Of a stretch of 64,000 nt of DNA, positions 15,329 to 26,553 are shown piece by piece. The stretch comes from Escherichia coli (GTDB lineage Bacteria > Pseudomonadota > Gammaproteobacteria > Enterobacterales > Enterobacteriaceae). Position 1 is the first letter of the stretch. Each line of letters starts with the position of its first letter. The notes under the pieces were generated by a model that saw only the letters and a list, made by a program, of their open reading frames with translations, made no database searches and was not told where the DNA came from. The stretch is taken from the NCBI RefSeq assembly GCF_024502345.1, contig NZ_JALDNN010000001.1; one strand, written 5' to 3'. The position numbers and the translations under genes were made by a program.

Positions 15329-16468
15329 ATGAGCGCGGGAAGCCCAAAATTCACCGTTCGCCGCATTGCGGCTTTGTCACTGGTTTCGCTATGGCTGGCA
15401 GGCTGTTCTGACACTTCAAATCCACCGGCACCGGTCAGCTCCGTTAATGGCAATGCGCCTGCAAATACCAATTCTGGTATGTTGATTACGCCGCCGCCGA
15501 AAATGGGGACGACGTCTACAGCCCAGCAACCGCAAATTCAGCCGGTACAGCAGCCACAAATTCAGGCCACTCAACAACCGCAAATCCAGCCAGTGCAGCC
15601 AGTAGCTCAGCAGCCGGTACAGATGGAAAACGGACGCATCGTCTATAACCGTCAGTATGGGAACATTCCGAAAGGCAGTTATAGCGGCAGTACCTATACC
15701 GTGAAAAAAGGCGACACGCTTTTCTATATCGCCTGGATTACTGGCAACGATTTCCGTGACCTTGCTCAGCGCAACAATATTCAGGCACCATACGCGCTGA
15801 ACGTCGGTCAGACCTTACAGGTGGGTAATGCTTCCGGTACGCCAATCACTGGCGGAAATGCCATTACCCAGGCCGACGCAGCAGAGCAAGGAGTTGTGAT
15901 CAAGCCTGCACAAAATTCCACCGTTGCTGTTGCGTCGCAACCGACAATTACGTATTCTGAGTCTTCGGGTGAACAGAGTGCTAACAAAATGTTGCCGAAC
16001 AACAAGCCAACTGCGACCACGGTCACAGCGCCTGTAACGGTACCAACAGCAAGCACAACCGAGCCGACTGTCAGCAGTACATCAACCAGTACGCCTATCT
16101 CCACCTGGCGCTGGCCGACTGAGGGCAAAGTGATCGAAACCTTTGGTGCTTCTGAGGGGGGCAACAAGGGGATTGATATCGCAGGCAACAAAGGACAGGC
16201 AATTATCGCGACCGCAGATGGCCGCGTTGTTTATGCCGGTAACGCGCTGCGCGGCTACGGTAATCTGATTATCATCAAACATAATGATGATTACCTGAGT
16301 GCCTACGCCCATAACGACACAATGCTGGTCCGGGAACAACAAGAAGTGAAGGCGGGGCAAAAAATAGCAACCATGGGTAGCACCGGAACCAGTTCAACAC
16401 GCTTGCATTTTGAAATTCGTTACAAGGGGAAATCCGTAAACCCGCTGCGTTATTTGCCGCAGCGATAA
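15329..16468 (+). CDS. nlpD: Murein hydrolase activator lipoprotein NlpD (LysM + M23 domains)
   Basis: 379-aa ORF with lipobox LAGCS, Q/P-rich tandem repeat ([25 protein letters not shown]), C-terminal M23 peptidase-like domain. Confidence 0.95.
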   Translation: MSAGSPKFTVRRIAALSLVSLWLAGCSDTSNPPAPVSSVNGNAPANTNSGMLITPPPKMGTTSTAQQPQIQPVQQPQIQATQQPQIQPVQPVAQQPVQMENGRIVYNRQYGNIPKGSYSGSTYTVKKGDTLFYIAWITGNDFRDLAQRNNIQAPYALNVGQTLQVGNASGTPITGGNAITQADAAEQGVVIKPAQNSTVAVASQPTITYSESSGEQSANKMLPNNKPTATTVTAPVTVPTASTTEPTVSSTSTSTPISTWRWPTEGKVIETFGASEGGNKGIDIAGNKGQAIIATADGRVVYAGNALRGYGNLIIIKHNDDYLSAYAHNDTMLVREQQEVKAGQKIATMGSTGTSSTRLHFEIRYKGKSVNPLRYLPQR

Positions 16469-16530
16469 ATCGGCGGAACCAGGCTTTTGCTTGAATGTTC
16501 CGTCAAGGGATCACGGGTAGGAGCCACCTT

Positions 16531-17523
16531 ATGAGTCAGAATACGCTGAAAGTTCATGATTTAAATGAAGATGCGGAATTTGATGAGAACGGAGTTGAGG
16601 TTTTTGACGAAAAGGCCTTAGTAGAAGAGGAACCCAGTGATAACGATTTGGCCGAAGAGGAACTGTTATCGCAGGGAGCCACACAGCGTGTGTTGGACGC
16701 GACTCAGCTTTACCTTGGTGAGATTGGTTATTCACCACTGTTAACGGCCGAAGAAGAAGTTTATTTTGCGCGTCGCGCACTGCGTGGAGATGTCGCCTCT
16801 CGCCGCCGGATGATCGAGAGTAACTTGCGTCTGGTGGTAAAAATTGCCCGCCGTTATGGCAATCGTGGTCTGGCGTTGCTGGACCTTATCGAAGAGGGCA
16901 ACCTGGGGCTGATTCGCGCGGTAGAGAAGTTTGACCCGGAACGTGGTTTCCGCTTCTCAACATACGCAACCTGGTGGATTCGCCAGACGATTGAACGGGC
17001 GATTATGAACCAAACCCGTACTATTCGTTTGCCGATTCACATCGTAAAGGAGCTGAACGTTTACCTGCGAACCGCACGTGAGTTGTCCCATAAGCTGGAC
17101 CATGAACCAAGTGCGGAAGAGATCGCAGAGCAACTGGATAAGCCAGTTGATGACGTCAGCCGTATGCTTCGTCTTAACGAGCGCATTACCTCGGTAGACA
17201 CCCCGCTGGGTGGTGATTCCGAAAAAGCGTTGCTGGACATCCTGGCCGATGAAAAAGAGAACGGTCCGGAAGATACCACGCAAGATGACGATATGAAGCA
17301 GAGCATCGTCAAATGGCTGTTCGAGCTGAACGCCAAACAGCGTGAAGTACTGGCACGTCGATTCGGTTTGCTGGGGTACGAAGCGGCAACACTGGAAGAT
17401 GTAGGTCGTGAAATTGGCCTCACCCGTGAACGTGTTCGCCAGATTCAGGTTGAAGGCCTGCGCCGTTTGCGCGAAATCCTGCAAACGCAGGGGCTGAATA
17501 TCGAAGCGCTGTTCCGCGAATAA
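16531..17523 (+). CDS. rpoS: RNA polymerase sigma factor RpoS (sigma-38), apparently full length
   Basis: start at ATG 16531 ([21 protein letters not shown]...), 330 aa, no internal stop. Confidence 0.96.
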   Translation: MSQNTLKVHDLNEDAEFDENGVEVFDEKALVEEEPSDNDLAEEELLSQGATQRVLDATQLYLGEIGYSPLLTAEEEVYFARRALRGDVASRRRMIESNLRLVVKIARRYGNRGLALLDLIEEGNLGLIRAVEKFDPERGFRFSTYATWWIRQTIERAIMNQTRTIRLPIHIVKELNVYLRTARELSHKLDHEPSAEEIAEQLDKPVDDVSRMLRLNERITSVDTPLGGDSEKALLDILADEKENGPEDTTQDDDMKQSIVKWLFELNAKQREVLARRFGLLGYEAATLEDVGREIGLTRERVRQIQVEGLRRLREILQTQGLNIEALFRE

Positions 17524-17537
17524 GTAAGCATCTGTCA

Positions 17538-17575
17538 GAAAGGCCAGTCTCAAGCGAGGCTGGCCTTTTTTCTTT
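17538..17575 (+). terminator. Rho-independent terminator after rpoS
   Basis: stem aggccag ... ctggcct followed by tttttt. Confidence 0.75.
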
Positions 17576-17643
17576 TGTTTGGGAAGCATGTGTTTTTGTC
17601 GCCTGGATAAGACACGTCAGCCTCCTACCCGGCAATCAGCATT

Positions 17644-18084
17644 CTATGTGCTCATCATCTTGCGCACCAACTGCATAAACAGCTCCTGCTCTTCTACACT
17701 CAAACGCCCCAAAAATTCCTCATCCACGCGGTCACCAATCGGTATCGCCGCAGCAAGTATCTTTTCTCCTTCGGCAGTCAGCCAGACAAAGCGTCGCCGC
17801 TTATCAGCGGCGTCATGTTCACGTCTGACTAAGCCACGATTTTCCATTCTTGCCAACATTTCTGCCAGCGTTGCTTTGGTGCTGACTGCTGCTTCTATCA
17901 GTGCCACCTGTTCGATACCAGGCTTATCAGCAATGGCACGCATCACCGCATACTGTGGTTTGGTCAGGTCAGGTAACTCGTGCTGCCAGCGAGCCGTGTG
18001 CTGCTGAAAAAGCTGTCGTAACTGATGGAACGCTTTATTTCGTAACGCCATGTAAACTCCGGGCAAACTATCTGCCGCTATCAT
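17644..18084 (-). CDS. MarR/SlyA-family transcriptional regulator (rpoS-mutS variable region)
   Basis: 146-aa ORF (start possibly at internal MALRNK); winged-helix MarR-like sequence; divergent from decarboxylase cluster. Confidence 0.72.
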   Translation of the reverse strand: MIAADSLPGVYMALRNKAFHQLRQLFQQHTARWQHELPDLTKPQYAVMRAIADKPGIEQVALIEAAVSTKATLAEMLARMENRGLVRREHDAADKRRRFVWLTAEGEKILAAAIPIGDRVDEEFLGRLSVEEQELFMQLVRKMMST

Positions 18085-18197
18085 AACGGTTTTTCAGTGA
18101 CGAAGGGGATGTTGTTACTTTTCAGTGCTTGCCGCAATGAGAACAGAGGCGTATTTTAATAATAACGTTCGTATACGAACAATTAAGAGAGTAAGCA

Positions 18198-18791
18198 ATG
18201 AAACTGATCGTCGGGATGACAGGGGCTACCGGTGCGCCTCTTGGTGTGGCATTACTGCAAGCGCTGCGGGAGATGCCGAATGTCGAGACTCATCTGGTGA
18301 TGTCGAAGTGGGCGAAAACCACCATTGAACTGGAAACGCCTTACAGCGCCCGCGATGTTGCTGCCCTCGCTGACTTCAGCCATAACCCGGCGGATCAGGC
18401 GGCGACCATCTCCTCAGGTTCCTTTCGTACCGACGGCATGATCGTTATTCCGTGCAGTATGAAAACGCTCGCCGGTATCCGCGCTGGTTACGCTGATGGC
18501 CTGGTAGGGCGCGCGGCGGACGTCGTGCTCAAAGAAGGCCGCAAACTGGTGCTGGTGCCGCGTGAAATGCCGCTTAGCACCATCCATCTCGAAAATATGC
18601 TCGCACTTTCACGCATGGGCGTGGCGATGGTGCCGCCGATGCCTGCCTTTTATAACCATCCCGAAACGGTAGATGACATTGTCCACCATGTAGTAGCCCG
18701 CGTGCTGGATCAATTTGGCCTCGAACATCCCCACGCCAGGCGCTGGCAAGGATTGCCGCAGGCCGGGAATTTTTCTCAGGAGAATGAATAA
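18198..18791 (+). CDS. ecdB: UbiX/Pad1-like flavin prenyltransferase
   Basis: 197-aa ORF MKLIVGMTGATGAPLGVALLQALREMPNVETHLVMSKWA... typical UbiX family. Confidence 0.82.
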   Translation: MKLIVGMTGATGAPLGVALLQALREMPNVETHLVMSKWAKTTIELETPYSARDVAALADFSHNPADQAATISSGSFRTDGMIVIPCSMKTLAGIRAGYADGLVGRAADVVLKEGRKLVLVPREMPLSTIHLENMLALSRMGVAMVPPMPAFYNHPETVDDIVHHVVARVLDQFGLEHPHARRWQGLPQAGNFSQENE

Positions 18792-20217
18792 TGGCATTTG
18801 ATGATTTACGCAGCTTTTTACAGGCGCTTGATGACCACGGCCAGTTACTGAAAATCAGCGAAGAGGTGAACGCGGAACCGGATCTGGCTGCCGCTGCCAA
18901 CGCCACCGGGCGTATCGGCGATGGTGCACCGGCGCTGTGGTTTGATAATATTCGCGGTTTTACCGATGCCCGCGTGGCGATGAATACCATCGGTTCCTGG
19001 CAGAACCACGCGATTTCCCTCGGCCTGCCGCCAAACACTCCGGTCAAAAAGCAGATTGATGAGTTTATCCGCCGCTGGGATAACTTCCCGATTGCCCCGG
19101 AGCGCCGCGCCAATCCTGCCTGGGCGCAGAACACCGTTGATAGCGACGAGATTAACCTGTTCGATATCCTGCCGCTGTTTCGTTTAAACGATGGCGATGG
19201 CGGTTTCTATCTCGACAAAGCGTGCGTGGTTTCCCGCGATCCGCTCGACCCAGATAACTTCGGCAAGCAGAACGTCGGCATCTACCGCATGGAAGTGAAG
19301 GGCAAGCGTAAGCTCGGCCTGCAACCGGTGCCGATGCACGATATCGCCCTGCATCTGCATAAAGCAGAAGAGCGCGGTGAAGATCTGCCGATTGCGATCA
19401 CGCTCGGTAACGATCCGATCATCACGCTGATGGGGGCCACGCCGCTGAAATACGATCAGTCTGAGTATGAAATGGCAGGCGCGCTGCGTGAAAGCCCGTA
19501 CCCGATCGCCACCGCCCCGCTGACCGGTTTTGATGTGCCGTGGGGTTCAGAAGTGATCCTCGAAGGGGTCATCAAAAGCCGTAAACGCGAAATCGAGGGG
19601 CCGTTCGGTGAGTTTACCGGGCACTACTCCGGCGGGCGTAACATGACCGTGGTGCGTATCGATAAAGTCTCTTACCGCACCAGGCCGATTTTCGAATCGC
19701 TGTACCTCGGCATGCCGTGGACCGAAATCGACTACCTGATGGGGCCAGCCACCTGCGTACCGCTGTATCAACAACTGAAAGCCGAGTTCCCGGAAGTGCA
19801 GGCGGTAAACGCCATGTACACCCACGGCCTGCTGGCGATTATCTCCACCAAAAAACGCTACGGCGGCTTTGCCCGCGGGTGGGCCTGCGTGCGATGACCA
19901 CGCCGCACGGTCTGGGCTACGTAAAGATGGTGATTATGGTCGATGAAGACGTTGACCCGTTCAACCTGCCGCAGGTGATGTGGGCGCTCTCCTCGAAAGT
20001 GAACCCGGCAGGGGATTTGGTGCAGTTGCCGAATATGTCCGTGCTGGAACTCGACCCAGGCTCAAGCCCGGCAGGGATCACCGACAAGCTGATTATCGAC
20101 GCCACCACGCCTGTTGCCCCGGACAACCGTGGTCACTACAGCCAGCCGGTGGTGGATTTGCCGGAAACCAAAGCCTGGGCTGAAAAACTGACCACTATGC
20201 TGGCTGCACGTAAATAA
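18791..20217 (+). pseudogene. ecdC: UbiD-family (hydroxyaryl acid) decarboxylase, interrupted by a frameshift near 19877
   Basis: two overlapping ORFs in different frames (18791..19897 and 19717..20217) together form one UbiD-like protein; joining sequence gcccgcgggtgggcctgcgtgcgatg suggests a 1-bp deletion. Confidence 0.75.
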
Positions 20218-20227
20218 GGAGAACAAG

Positions 20228-20464
20228 ATGATTTGTCCACGTTGTGCCGATGAACAGATTGAAGTGATGGTGAAATCGCCGGTGAAAGATGTCTGGACGG
20301 TATATCAGTGCCAGCATTGCCTTTATACCTGGCGCGATACCGAACCGCTACGCCGCACCAGTCGCGAACATTACCCGGAAGCGTTCCGCATGACGCAGAA
20401 AGATATTGATGATGCGCCAATGGTGCCGAGCATCCCGCCGCTGCTGGCGGAAGGTAAGCGCTAA
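20228..20464 (+). CDS. ecdD: Small subunit of decarboxylase (BsdD/EcdD-like, Cys-rich)
   Basis: 78-aa ORF MICPRCADEQIEV...YQCQHCLYTW, immediately after UbiD-like gene. Confidence 0.7.
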   Translation: MICPRCADEQIEVMVKSPVKDVWTVYQCQHCLYTWRDTEPLRRTSREHYPEAFRMTQKDIDDAPMVPSIPPLLAEGKR

Positions 20465-20466
20465 AT

Positions 20467-20498
20467 AAAAAGGTCCGATGCCCATCGGACCTTTTTAT
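20467..20498. terminator. Bidirectional rho-independent terminator between convergent ecdD and ygbN
   Basis: perfect hairpin aaaaaggtccgatgcccatcggacctttttatt flanked by A-run and T-run. Confidence 0.7.
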
Positions 20499-20503
20499 TA
20501 AGG

Positions 20504-21868
20504 TCAAATTACCGCCCATACGCACCAGGTAATTAAGAATCCGGTAAAACCGAGAATGGTCGTTAACACTGTCCAGGTTTTCAGACCGTCTGCTACCGAC
20601 AACCCCAGATATTTGGTCACAATCCAGAACCCTGAGTCATTAATATGTGACGCGCCAAGCCCACCAAAGCAGGCTGCCAGCGTCACCAATACGCACTGAA
20701 TCGGATTCAATCCCATCACCGCTTCTGAGAGTAACCCGCCGGTTGTCAGGATTGCTACGGTTGCTGACCCCTGCGATGCACGCAGCGCCAGTGAAATAAT
20801 AAATGCGGCTGGTAACAGAGGCAGGTCAATCATTTGTAGCATGTTGGCAAGGGCTTTGCCGACGCCCGATTCCACCAGCACTTTGCCAAATACCCCTCCA
20901 GCACCAGTAACCAAAATCACTACCGCCGCAGTGGGAAGGGCTGAGCCCATAATGTCGCTGGTGTGTTGTAAGCTCCAGCCGCGACGTAAAGCCAATAACC
21001 AGAATGCCAGCACCAGCGCAATCATTAGAGCTACCATTGGTGAGCCGATCAGCTGTAGCGTACCAAGCAGGGGATGCGAAGGCGGCATCAGTGTTGCGGA
21101 AACCGTACCCGCCATGATAATCGCGATAGGAATAACAATTAGCGAGGTGACCAGCGCGACGCCCGGTGGATTTATTTTATCGCTTAATTTTGTCGCGCCT
21201 TCCTCACTGGCCGGAGCCAGTTGCATCTGTTCCAGTACTTCCACCGACATCGCATATTGGCGTTTATTGATTATTTTCGCTGCAAAGTAGCCAACAACCC
21301 CTACGGGAATAGAAATCGCAATACCGATGATGGTTAGCCAGCCGATGTCTGCGTGGAGTAACCCCGCTGCGGCGACAGGGCCTGGATGCGGCGGTACCGC
21401 CACGTGAACAGTGAGCATGATCCCAGCGACAGGCAGGCCAAATTTGAGTGGCGATATTTTGGCTACCTTGGCAAAACCGTAAATGATTGGCGCAAGAATA
21501 ATAAAGCCGACATCAAAGAAGACGGGAATACCGAGGAAGAACGCTGCCAGAGTCAGCGCAGCGATAGTTCGTTTGTCACCTAACTTGCGACTGAAATAAT
21601 TAGCCAGTGATTCTGCACCACCAGAGTGTTCGATCATACGCCCCAGCATAGCGCCCAGACCAATAATAATAGTGACGGAACCAAGCACACCGCCCATCCC
21701 GGCGATCATCACTTTACCCACTTCGCCCGCCGGTATACCCGCCGCAAGTGCGACTAACAGGCTGACGAGGAGCAGAGCAACGAATGGTTGTACCTTTGCC
21801 TTGATGACCAGCAGCAACAGCATGATTACGCCAGCTAACGCAATGCATAACAATGTAATTGTGGACAT
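20504..21868 (-). CDS. ygbN: GntP-family permease
   Basis: 454-aa polytopic membrane ORF, GntP family. Confidence 0.85.
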   Translation of the reverse strand: MSTITLLCIALAGVIMLLLLVIKAKVQPFVALLLVSLLVALAAGIPAGEVGKVMIAGMGGVLGSVTIIIGLGAMLGRMIEHSGGAESLANYFSRKLGDKRTIAALTLAAFFLGIPVFFDVGFIILAPIIYGFAKVAKISPLKFGLPVAGIMLTVHVAVPPHPGPVAAAGLLHADIGWLTIIGIAISIPVGVVGYFAAKIINKRQYAMSVEVLEQMQLAPASEEGATKLSDKINPPGVALVTSLIVIPIAIIMAGTVSATLMPPSHPLLGTLQLIGSPMVALMIALVLAFWLLALRRGWSLQHTSDIMGSALPTAAVVILVTGAGGVFGKVLVESGVGKALANMLQMIDLPLLPAAFIISLALRASQGSATVAILTTGGLLSEAVMGLNPIQCVLVTLAACFGGLGASHINDSGFWIVTKYLGLSVADGLKTWTVLTTILGFTGFLITWCVWAVI

Positions 21869-21956
21869 GGGAAACCCTGTCTGAAAGTTATAGTTAACCT
21901 ACCCCATCCGTAGATGGGGGGATGTATGGGTACGTTGTAATTAGGGATTTAACGAA

Positions 21957-22733
21957 TTAGCGCCAGGCGTCAAACCAGCCAAGCCCTTCTTCGGTGAGGC
22001 CACGAGGTTTATATTCACAACCGATCCAGCCCTGATATCCCACCTCATCGAACAGGCGGAACAGCCACGGATAGTTGATTTCTCCATCGTCCGGTTCATG
22101 TCGATCAGGTAGTCCGGCAATTTGTACGTGCGCATATTTCCCAGCGTAGTCGCGGATTAAATGCGTCAGGTTGCCATCTACTTTTTGCGCATGAAAAGTA
22201 TCTAGTTGAATAAACACGTTATCTCGCGCAACCTCTTCAACAATAGCCAGTGCCTGATACTGGCTGGAGAAGAGATAATGAGGCTTAACGTCGGGGCTGA
22301 GTGCTTCAACTAATATTCGCTTGCCGTGTAGCGCAAAGCGGTCGGCCGCGTAGCGGAGATTATCGATAAATACTGCCCGGTACCGTTCAGCGTCTTCGCC
22401 AGCGGGCACGACGCCTGCCATCACATGGACTTGTTCACAATTGAGCGCCAATGCATATTCCAGTGCCAGGTCGATGTCTGCGTGTGCTTCGTGCTCACGT
22501 CCGGGAAGGGCGGATAATCCCCATTCCCCCGCATTAATATCTCCGGGAGCGGTATTGAACAGCGCCAGTGTCAGATGGTTTTGCTCCAGTTGCTTTTGGA
22601 TTTGCAGGGTGGAGTAGTCATAGGGAAACAGAAATTCCACAGCATCGAACCCGGCTTTTCGCGCTGCGGCGAAGCGTTCAATAAAAGGCACTTCGGTGAA
22701 CATCATGGATAAATTAGCTGCAAAACGAGGCAT
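21957..22733 (-). CDS. ygbM: Hydroxypyruvate isomerase-like (TIM-barrel)
   Basis: 258-aa ORF, xylose-isomerase-like TIM barrel; ygb operon position. Confidence 0.85.
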   Translation of the reverse strand: MPRFAANLSMMFTEVPFIERFAAARKAGFDAVEFLFPYDYSTLQIQKQLEQNHLTLALFNTAPGDINAGEWGLSALPGREHEAHADIDLALEYALALNCEQVHVMAGVVPAGEDAERYRAVFIDNLRYAADRFALHGKRILVEALSPDVKPHYLFSSQYQALAIVEEVARDNVFIQLDTFHAQKVDGNLTHLIRDYAGKYAHVQIAGLPDRHEPDDGEINYPWLFRLFDEVGYQGWIGCEYKPRGLTEEGLGWFDAWR

Positions 22734-22737
22734 TGCA

Positions 22738-23376
22738 TTAACTCCTTAATTCCGCAATTTCACCTGCGGTCAGATAACGGATCGGGCGGTCACCGAGAAT
22801 AAAAATCAGCTTTGCCGTTTCCTCCAGCTCTTCCATATTGTTGGCGGCTTCTTGCAGGCTTTCACCGCAAACCACTGGGCCATGATTTGCCAGTAAAAAA
22901 GCCTGATTGTCTGCTGCCAGTTCCGCCAGATCCTGTGCGATGCGTTTATCGCCCGGTCGGTAATAAGGCACCAGCGGGACATTTCCCATCCGCATCACCA
23001 CGTATGGTGTGAACGGACGAATAACGTTGCTGCTGTCCAGCCCTTGCAGGCAGGAAAGCGCCGTCGACCATGTGCTGTGCAAATGCACCACCGCTTTACA
23101 GCGCGGATTGTTGCGATACAGCGCCAGATGAAAGAGCACCTCTTTCGAGGGTTTGTCACCACTTAACCATTCGCCATCCGCGGCGACTTTGGAAAGCCGC
23201 TGCGGATCGAGATTGCCCAGGCATGAACCTGTCGGTGTCGCCAGTAAATTCCCGTCAGGTAAAAGCAGCGACAGATTGCCAGCCGAACCGGTTGCATAGC
23301 CGCGCTGAAAGAATGAACTGGCAATCCGCGTCATCTCCTCTCGCAAAGACTGCTCTACTTTTGCGAAATCGCTCAT
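22738..23376 (-). CDS. ygbL: Class II aldolase/adducin-family protein
   Basis: 212-aa ORF, class II aldolase fold motifs. Confidence 0.85.
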   Translation of the reverse strand: MSDFAKVEQSLREEMTRIASSFFQRGYATGSAGNLSLLLPDGNLLATPTGSCLGNLDPQRLSKVAADGEWLSGDKPSKEVLFHLALYRNNPRCKAVVHLHSTWSTALSCLQGLDSSNVIRPFTPYVVMRMGNVPLVPYYRPGDKRIAQDLAELAADNQAFLLANHGPVVCGESLQEAANNMEELEETAKLIFILGDRPIRYLTAGEIAELRS

Positions 23377-24635
23377 GATAAAAACTCTCTTTGGGCTCGT
23401 GAAAAAAAGGCTTCATCACCGAAGTTGCCAGATTTAAGGGCGAGTGAGACAGGCTTATCCAGTGCGTTTACCCACGGCACGCCGGGGGAAATGGTTGGGC
23501 CAATATGAAACCCTTTTATGCCCAGGCTCTGTGTGACTACGCCGGAGGTCTCACCGCCTGCGACAATAAAGCGTGTCACGCCTTCCGCTGCTAACCGCGC
23601 CGCTAGTTGAGAAAACAGAGTTTCTACTGCCTGACTGGCTTTTTGTGCACCGTATTGCTGTTGAATTGCTGCCAATGCGTCAGTGCTGGCGGTGGCAAAA
23701 ACCAGTGGAGCAAGTACACTTTCCTGGCCCAGAACCCACTCTGCCAGTTCGTGTGCATAAGCGGCCAGAGTTTCGGTTGAGAGGCAGCGTGCCACATCAA
23801 CTTCACGGGCTGGTGCAATTTGACGGTAATGTGCCACCTGGCGGTTGGTCATTTGAGAGCATGAACCGGAGAGCACTACGCCGCGCCCAGCGAGCGGACG
23901 CCCTGCTTCGCGAGCCTGGTTACCGTTTTCTTGCGCCCACTGCCGGGCCAGGCCAATCGCCAGACCAGAACCGCCCGTTACCAGTGGGGCATCGCGCAAG
24001 GCTTCTCCCTGAATTTCCAGATGGTGTTCGGTCAGCGCATCAAGCACCGCGTAGCGGTAGCCTTCTTGCTGTAAGCGAGCCAGCTCTTGACGAACGGCAT
24101 CCACACCTTGTTCGAAAACATGTGCCGAAACGACGCCGCAGCGCCCTGTGGATTGCGCTTCAACCAGACGGGGAAGATAGCTGTCGGTCATGGGATTTAC
24201 CGGGTGATGGCGCATCCCGGATTCGGCCAGCAGTTGATTCATTACGAACAAATACCCCTGATAAACCGTACGTCCGTTGACCGGCAGGGCCGGAGAGAAG
24301 ACCGTAAACGGCGTGTCGAGAGCATCCATTAATGCATCGGTAACCGGGCCAATATTACCTTTCGCCGTACTGTCGAAAGTAGAGCAGTATTTGAAATAGA
24401 TCTGTTTGCAACCTTGCTGTTGCAACCAGCTCAGAGCCGCCAGCGATTGCTGTGTGGCTTCAACCACCGGACAGGAGCGCGTTTTCAGGCTGATCACCAG
24501 TGCGTCGATTGCTTCCGGCATTTTACCTGTTGGAACACCGTTAATTTGTACCGTTGGTAGACCGTTTTCCACCAGAAAACTGGCGATATCCGTCGCGCCG
24601 GTAAAATCATCGGCGATAACGCCAATCTTGATCAT
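23373..24635 (-). CDS. ygbK: Four-carbon acid sugar kinase family protein
   Basis: 420-aa ORF beginning MIKIGVIADDFTGATD (DUF1537-type N-terminus). Confidence 0.83.
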   Translation of the reverse strand: MIKIGVIADDFTGATDIASFLVENGLPTVQINGVPTGKMPEAIDALVISLKTRSCPVVEATQQSLAALSWLQQQGCKQIYFKYCSTFDSTAKGNIGPVTDALMDALDTPFTVFSPALPVNGRTVYQGYLFVMNQLLAESGMRHHPVNPMTDSYLPRLVEAQSTGRCGVVSAHVFEQGVDAVRQELARLQQEGYRYAVLDALTEHHLEIQGEALRDAPLVTGGSGLAIGLARQWAQENGNQAREAGRPLAGRGVVLSGSCSQMTNRQVAHYRQIAPAREVDVARCLSTETLAAYAHELAEWVLGQESVLAPLVFATASTDALAAIQQQYGAQKASQAVETLFSQLAARLAAEGVTRFIVAGGETSGVVTQSLGIKGFHIGPTISPGVPWVNALDKPVSLALKSGNFGDEAFFSRAQREFLS

Positions 24636-25540
24636 GATTTCGCTCCCGGTAGAGTGATGCCAGAGAAAATCTTGATAACTGCGCTATCGTCTTCTTTCCC
24701 GTAACCCGCGTTACTGGCGCTGGTGAACATATTCAATGCTGTTGAGGCCAATGGCAGCGGGAAGTGCAGGGCTTTGGCTGTATCGGCAACCAGACCAAGA
24801 TCCTTAACAAAAATATCGACGGCTGAATGCGGGGTGTAATCGCCATCCACCACATGACGCATCCGGTTTTCGAACATCCAGGAATTTCCGGCGGCATTGG
24901 TCACGACGTCATACATCACATCCAGCGGGATCCCCGCACGGGCTGCAAGTGCCATCGCTTCGGCTCCGGCAGCAATATGTACGCCCGCTAACAACTGGTG
25001 AATAATTTTTACGGTCGAACCTAGTCCCGGTTCTGCACCTATGCGATAAACTTTTCCGGCAACGGCTTCCAGCACGGGTGCCAGTCGTTCAAAGGCAATA
25101 TCGCTACCGGAGGCCATGACAGTCATTTCACCGTTAGCGGCTTTTACTGCACCACCAGAAACTGGCGCATCCAGCATTTCCAGATCGAATCCAGCCAGAG
25201 CGGTAGCAATTTCTTGCGCATCAGCACTAGCGATAGTGGAAGAAACCATTACTGCCGTACCGGGTTTCAGATGTTGTGCAACGCCTGTTTCACCAAACAG
25301 CACCTGTTTAACCTGGGCCGCATTGACCACCAGCACCAGCAGAGCGTCCAGTTTTTCGGCAAACGTCGCGGCGTTATCAGAAACCCCGCAAGCACCTGCC
25401 TCTTTCAACGTAGCGCAGGCATTGCTGTTCAGGTCTGCGCCCCAGGTAGAAAGACCTGCGCGGACACATGACAGTGCTGCTCCCATTCCCATTGACCCTA
25501 AGCCAACGATACCGACATGAAACTCAGATCCCGTTTTCAT
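24632..25540 (-). CDS. ygbJ: NAD-dependent 3-hydroxyisobutyrate dehydrogenase-like oxidoreductase
   Basis: 302-aa ORF with Rossmann motif GIVGLGSMGMG. Confidence 0.85.
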   Translation of the reverse strand: MKTGSEFHVGIVGLGSMGMGAALSCVRAGLSTWGADLNSNACATLKEAGACGVSDNAATFAEKLDALLVLVVNAAQVKQVLFGETGVAQHLKPGTAVMVSSTIASADAQEIATALAGFDLEMLDAPVSGGAVKAANGEMTVMASGSDIAFERLAPVLEAVAGKVYRIGAEPGLGSTVKIIHQLLAGVHIAAGAEAMALAARAGIPLDVMYDVVTNAAGNSWMFENRMRHVVDGDYTPHSAVDIFVKDLGLVADTAKALHFPLPLASTALNMFTSASNAGYGKEDDSAVIKIFSGITLPGAKS

Positions 25541-25705
25541 CTGCTCTCCTTGTTAATTTAAGTGATATTTTGTTTGATATTGTTAATATAAGCGCTGGAA
25601 GATAACGATATGGTGAGCTGATTCACATAAATTAACATTGTGTGTTATTTTATGTGAACTAAGCGTTAGTTGCGCCGCGCACGTTTCGCAGGCAAATAGC
25701 GTAGA

Positions 25706-26503
25706 ATGTCAGCAGGACAAAGGAAGGAGCAAAAGTTGATACCCGTAGAGCGTCGCCAAATCATCCTTGAGATGGTAGCTGAAAAAGGCATTGTCAGTAT
25801 TGCTGAACTAACGGACAGAATGAATGTGTCACATATGACCATTCGTCGGGATTTACAAAAACTGGAGCAGCAGGGAGCCGTTGTGCTGGTGTCCGGAGGC
25901 GTCCAGTCTCCGGGACGCGTGGCGCATGAACCTTCTCATCAGGTAAAAACTGCGCTGGCAATGACGCAAAAAGCGGCTATTGGCAAGCTGGCGGCAAGTC
26001 TTGTTCAGCCGGGAAGTTGTATCTATCTGGATGCGGGAACGACCACGTTAGCGATAGCACAGCATCTGATTCACATGGAGTCACTGACTGTGGTCACAAA
26101 CGATTTCGTTATTGCAGACTACTTGCTCGACAACAGTAATTGCACAATTATTCACACTGGCGGTGCAGTGTGTCGGGAAAACCGTTCCTGTGTCGGGGAA
26201 GCCGCTGCGACCATGCTGCGCAGCCTGATGATTGATCAGGCTTTTATTTCTGCATCGTCATGGAGTGTGCGGGGGATTTCTACGCCAGCGGAAGATAAAG
26301 TCACGGTGAAACGGGCGATTGCCAGTGCCAGCCGCCAGCGAGTTTTGGTCTGTGATGCGACGAAATATGGTCAGGTGGCGACATGGCTGGCGTTACCATT
26401 AAGCGAGTTTGATCAGATTATCACAGACGACGGTTTGCCGGAGAGTGCCAGTCGCGCGCTGGCGAAGCAGGATCTCTCTTTGCTGGTAGCGAAAAATGAA
26501 TAA
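25706..26503 (+). CDS. ygbI: DeoR-family transcriptional regulator (start codon uncertain)
   Basis: DeoR HTH (SIAELTDRMNVSHMTIRRDLQKLE) and sugar-binding C-terminal domain; divergent from ygbJ. Confidence 0.8.
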   Translation: MSAGQRKEQKLIPVERRQIILEMVAEKGIVSIAELTDRMNVSHMTIRRDLQKLEQQGAVVLVSGGVQSPGRVAHEPSHQVKTALAMTQKAAIGKLAASLVQPGSCIYLDAGTTTLAIAQHLIHMESLTVVTNDFVIADYLLDNSNCTIIHTGGAVCRENRSCVGEAAATMLRSLMIDQAFISASSWSVRGISTPAEDKVTVKRAIASASRQRVLVCDATKYGQVATWLALPLSEFDQIITDDGLPESASRALAKQDLSLLVAKNE

Positions 26504-26553
26504 TGGCCTGCAATAACATTTGGTTACTCATGCTTCACAGAAGAAGCATGAGA

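Noticed and set aside
15520-15620. Tandem DNA repeats (cagcaaccgcaaattcagcc-type units) as a possible mobile or non-coding repeat element
   Set aside because: They lie in frame within nlpD and encode its known Q/P-rich linker; a coding repeat, not a mobile element.
19717-20217. 166-aa ORF as an independent gene
   Set aside because: It is the C-terminal portion of the frameshifted UbiD-like decarboxylase, not a separate gene.
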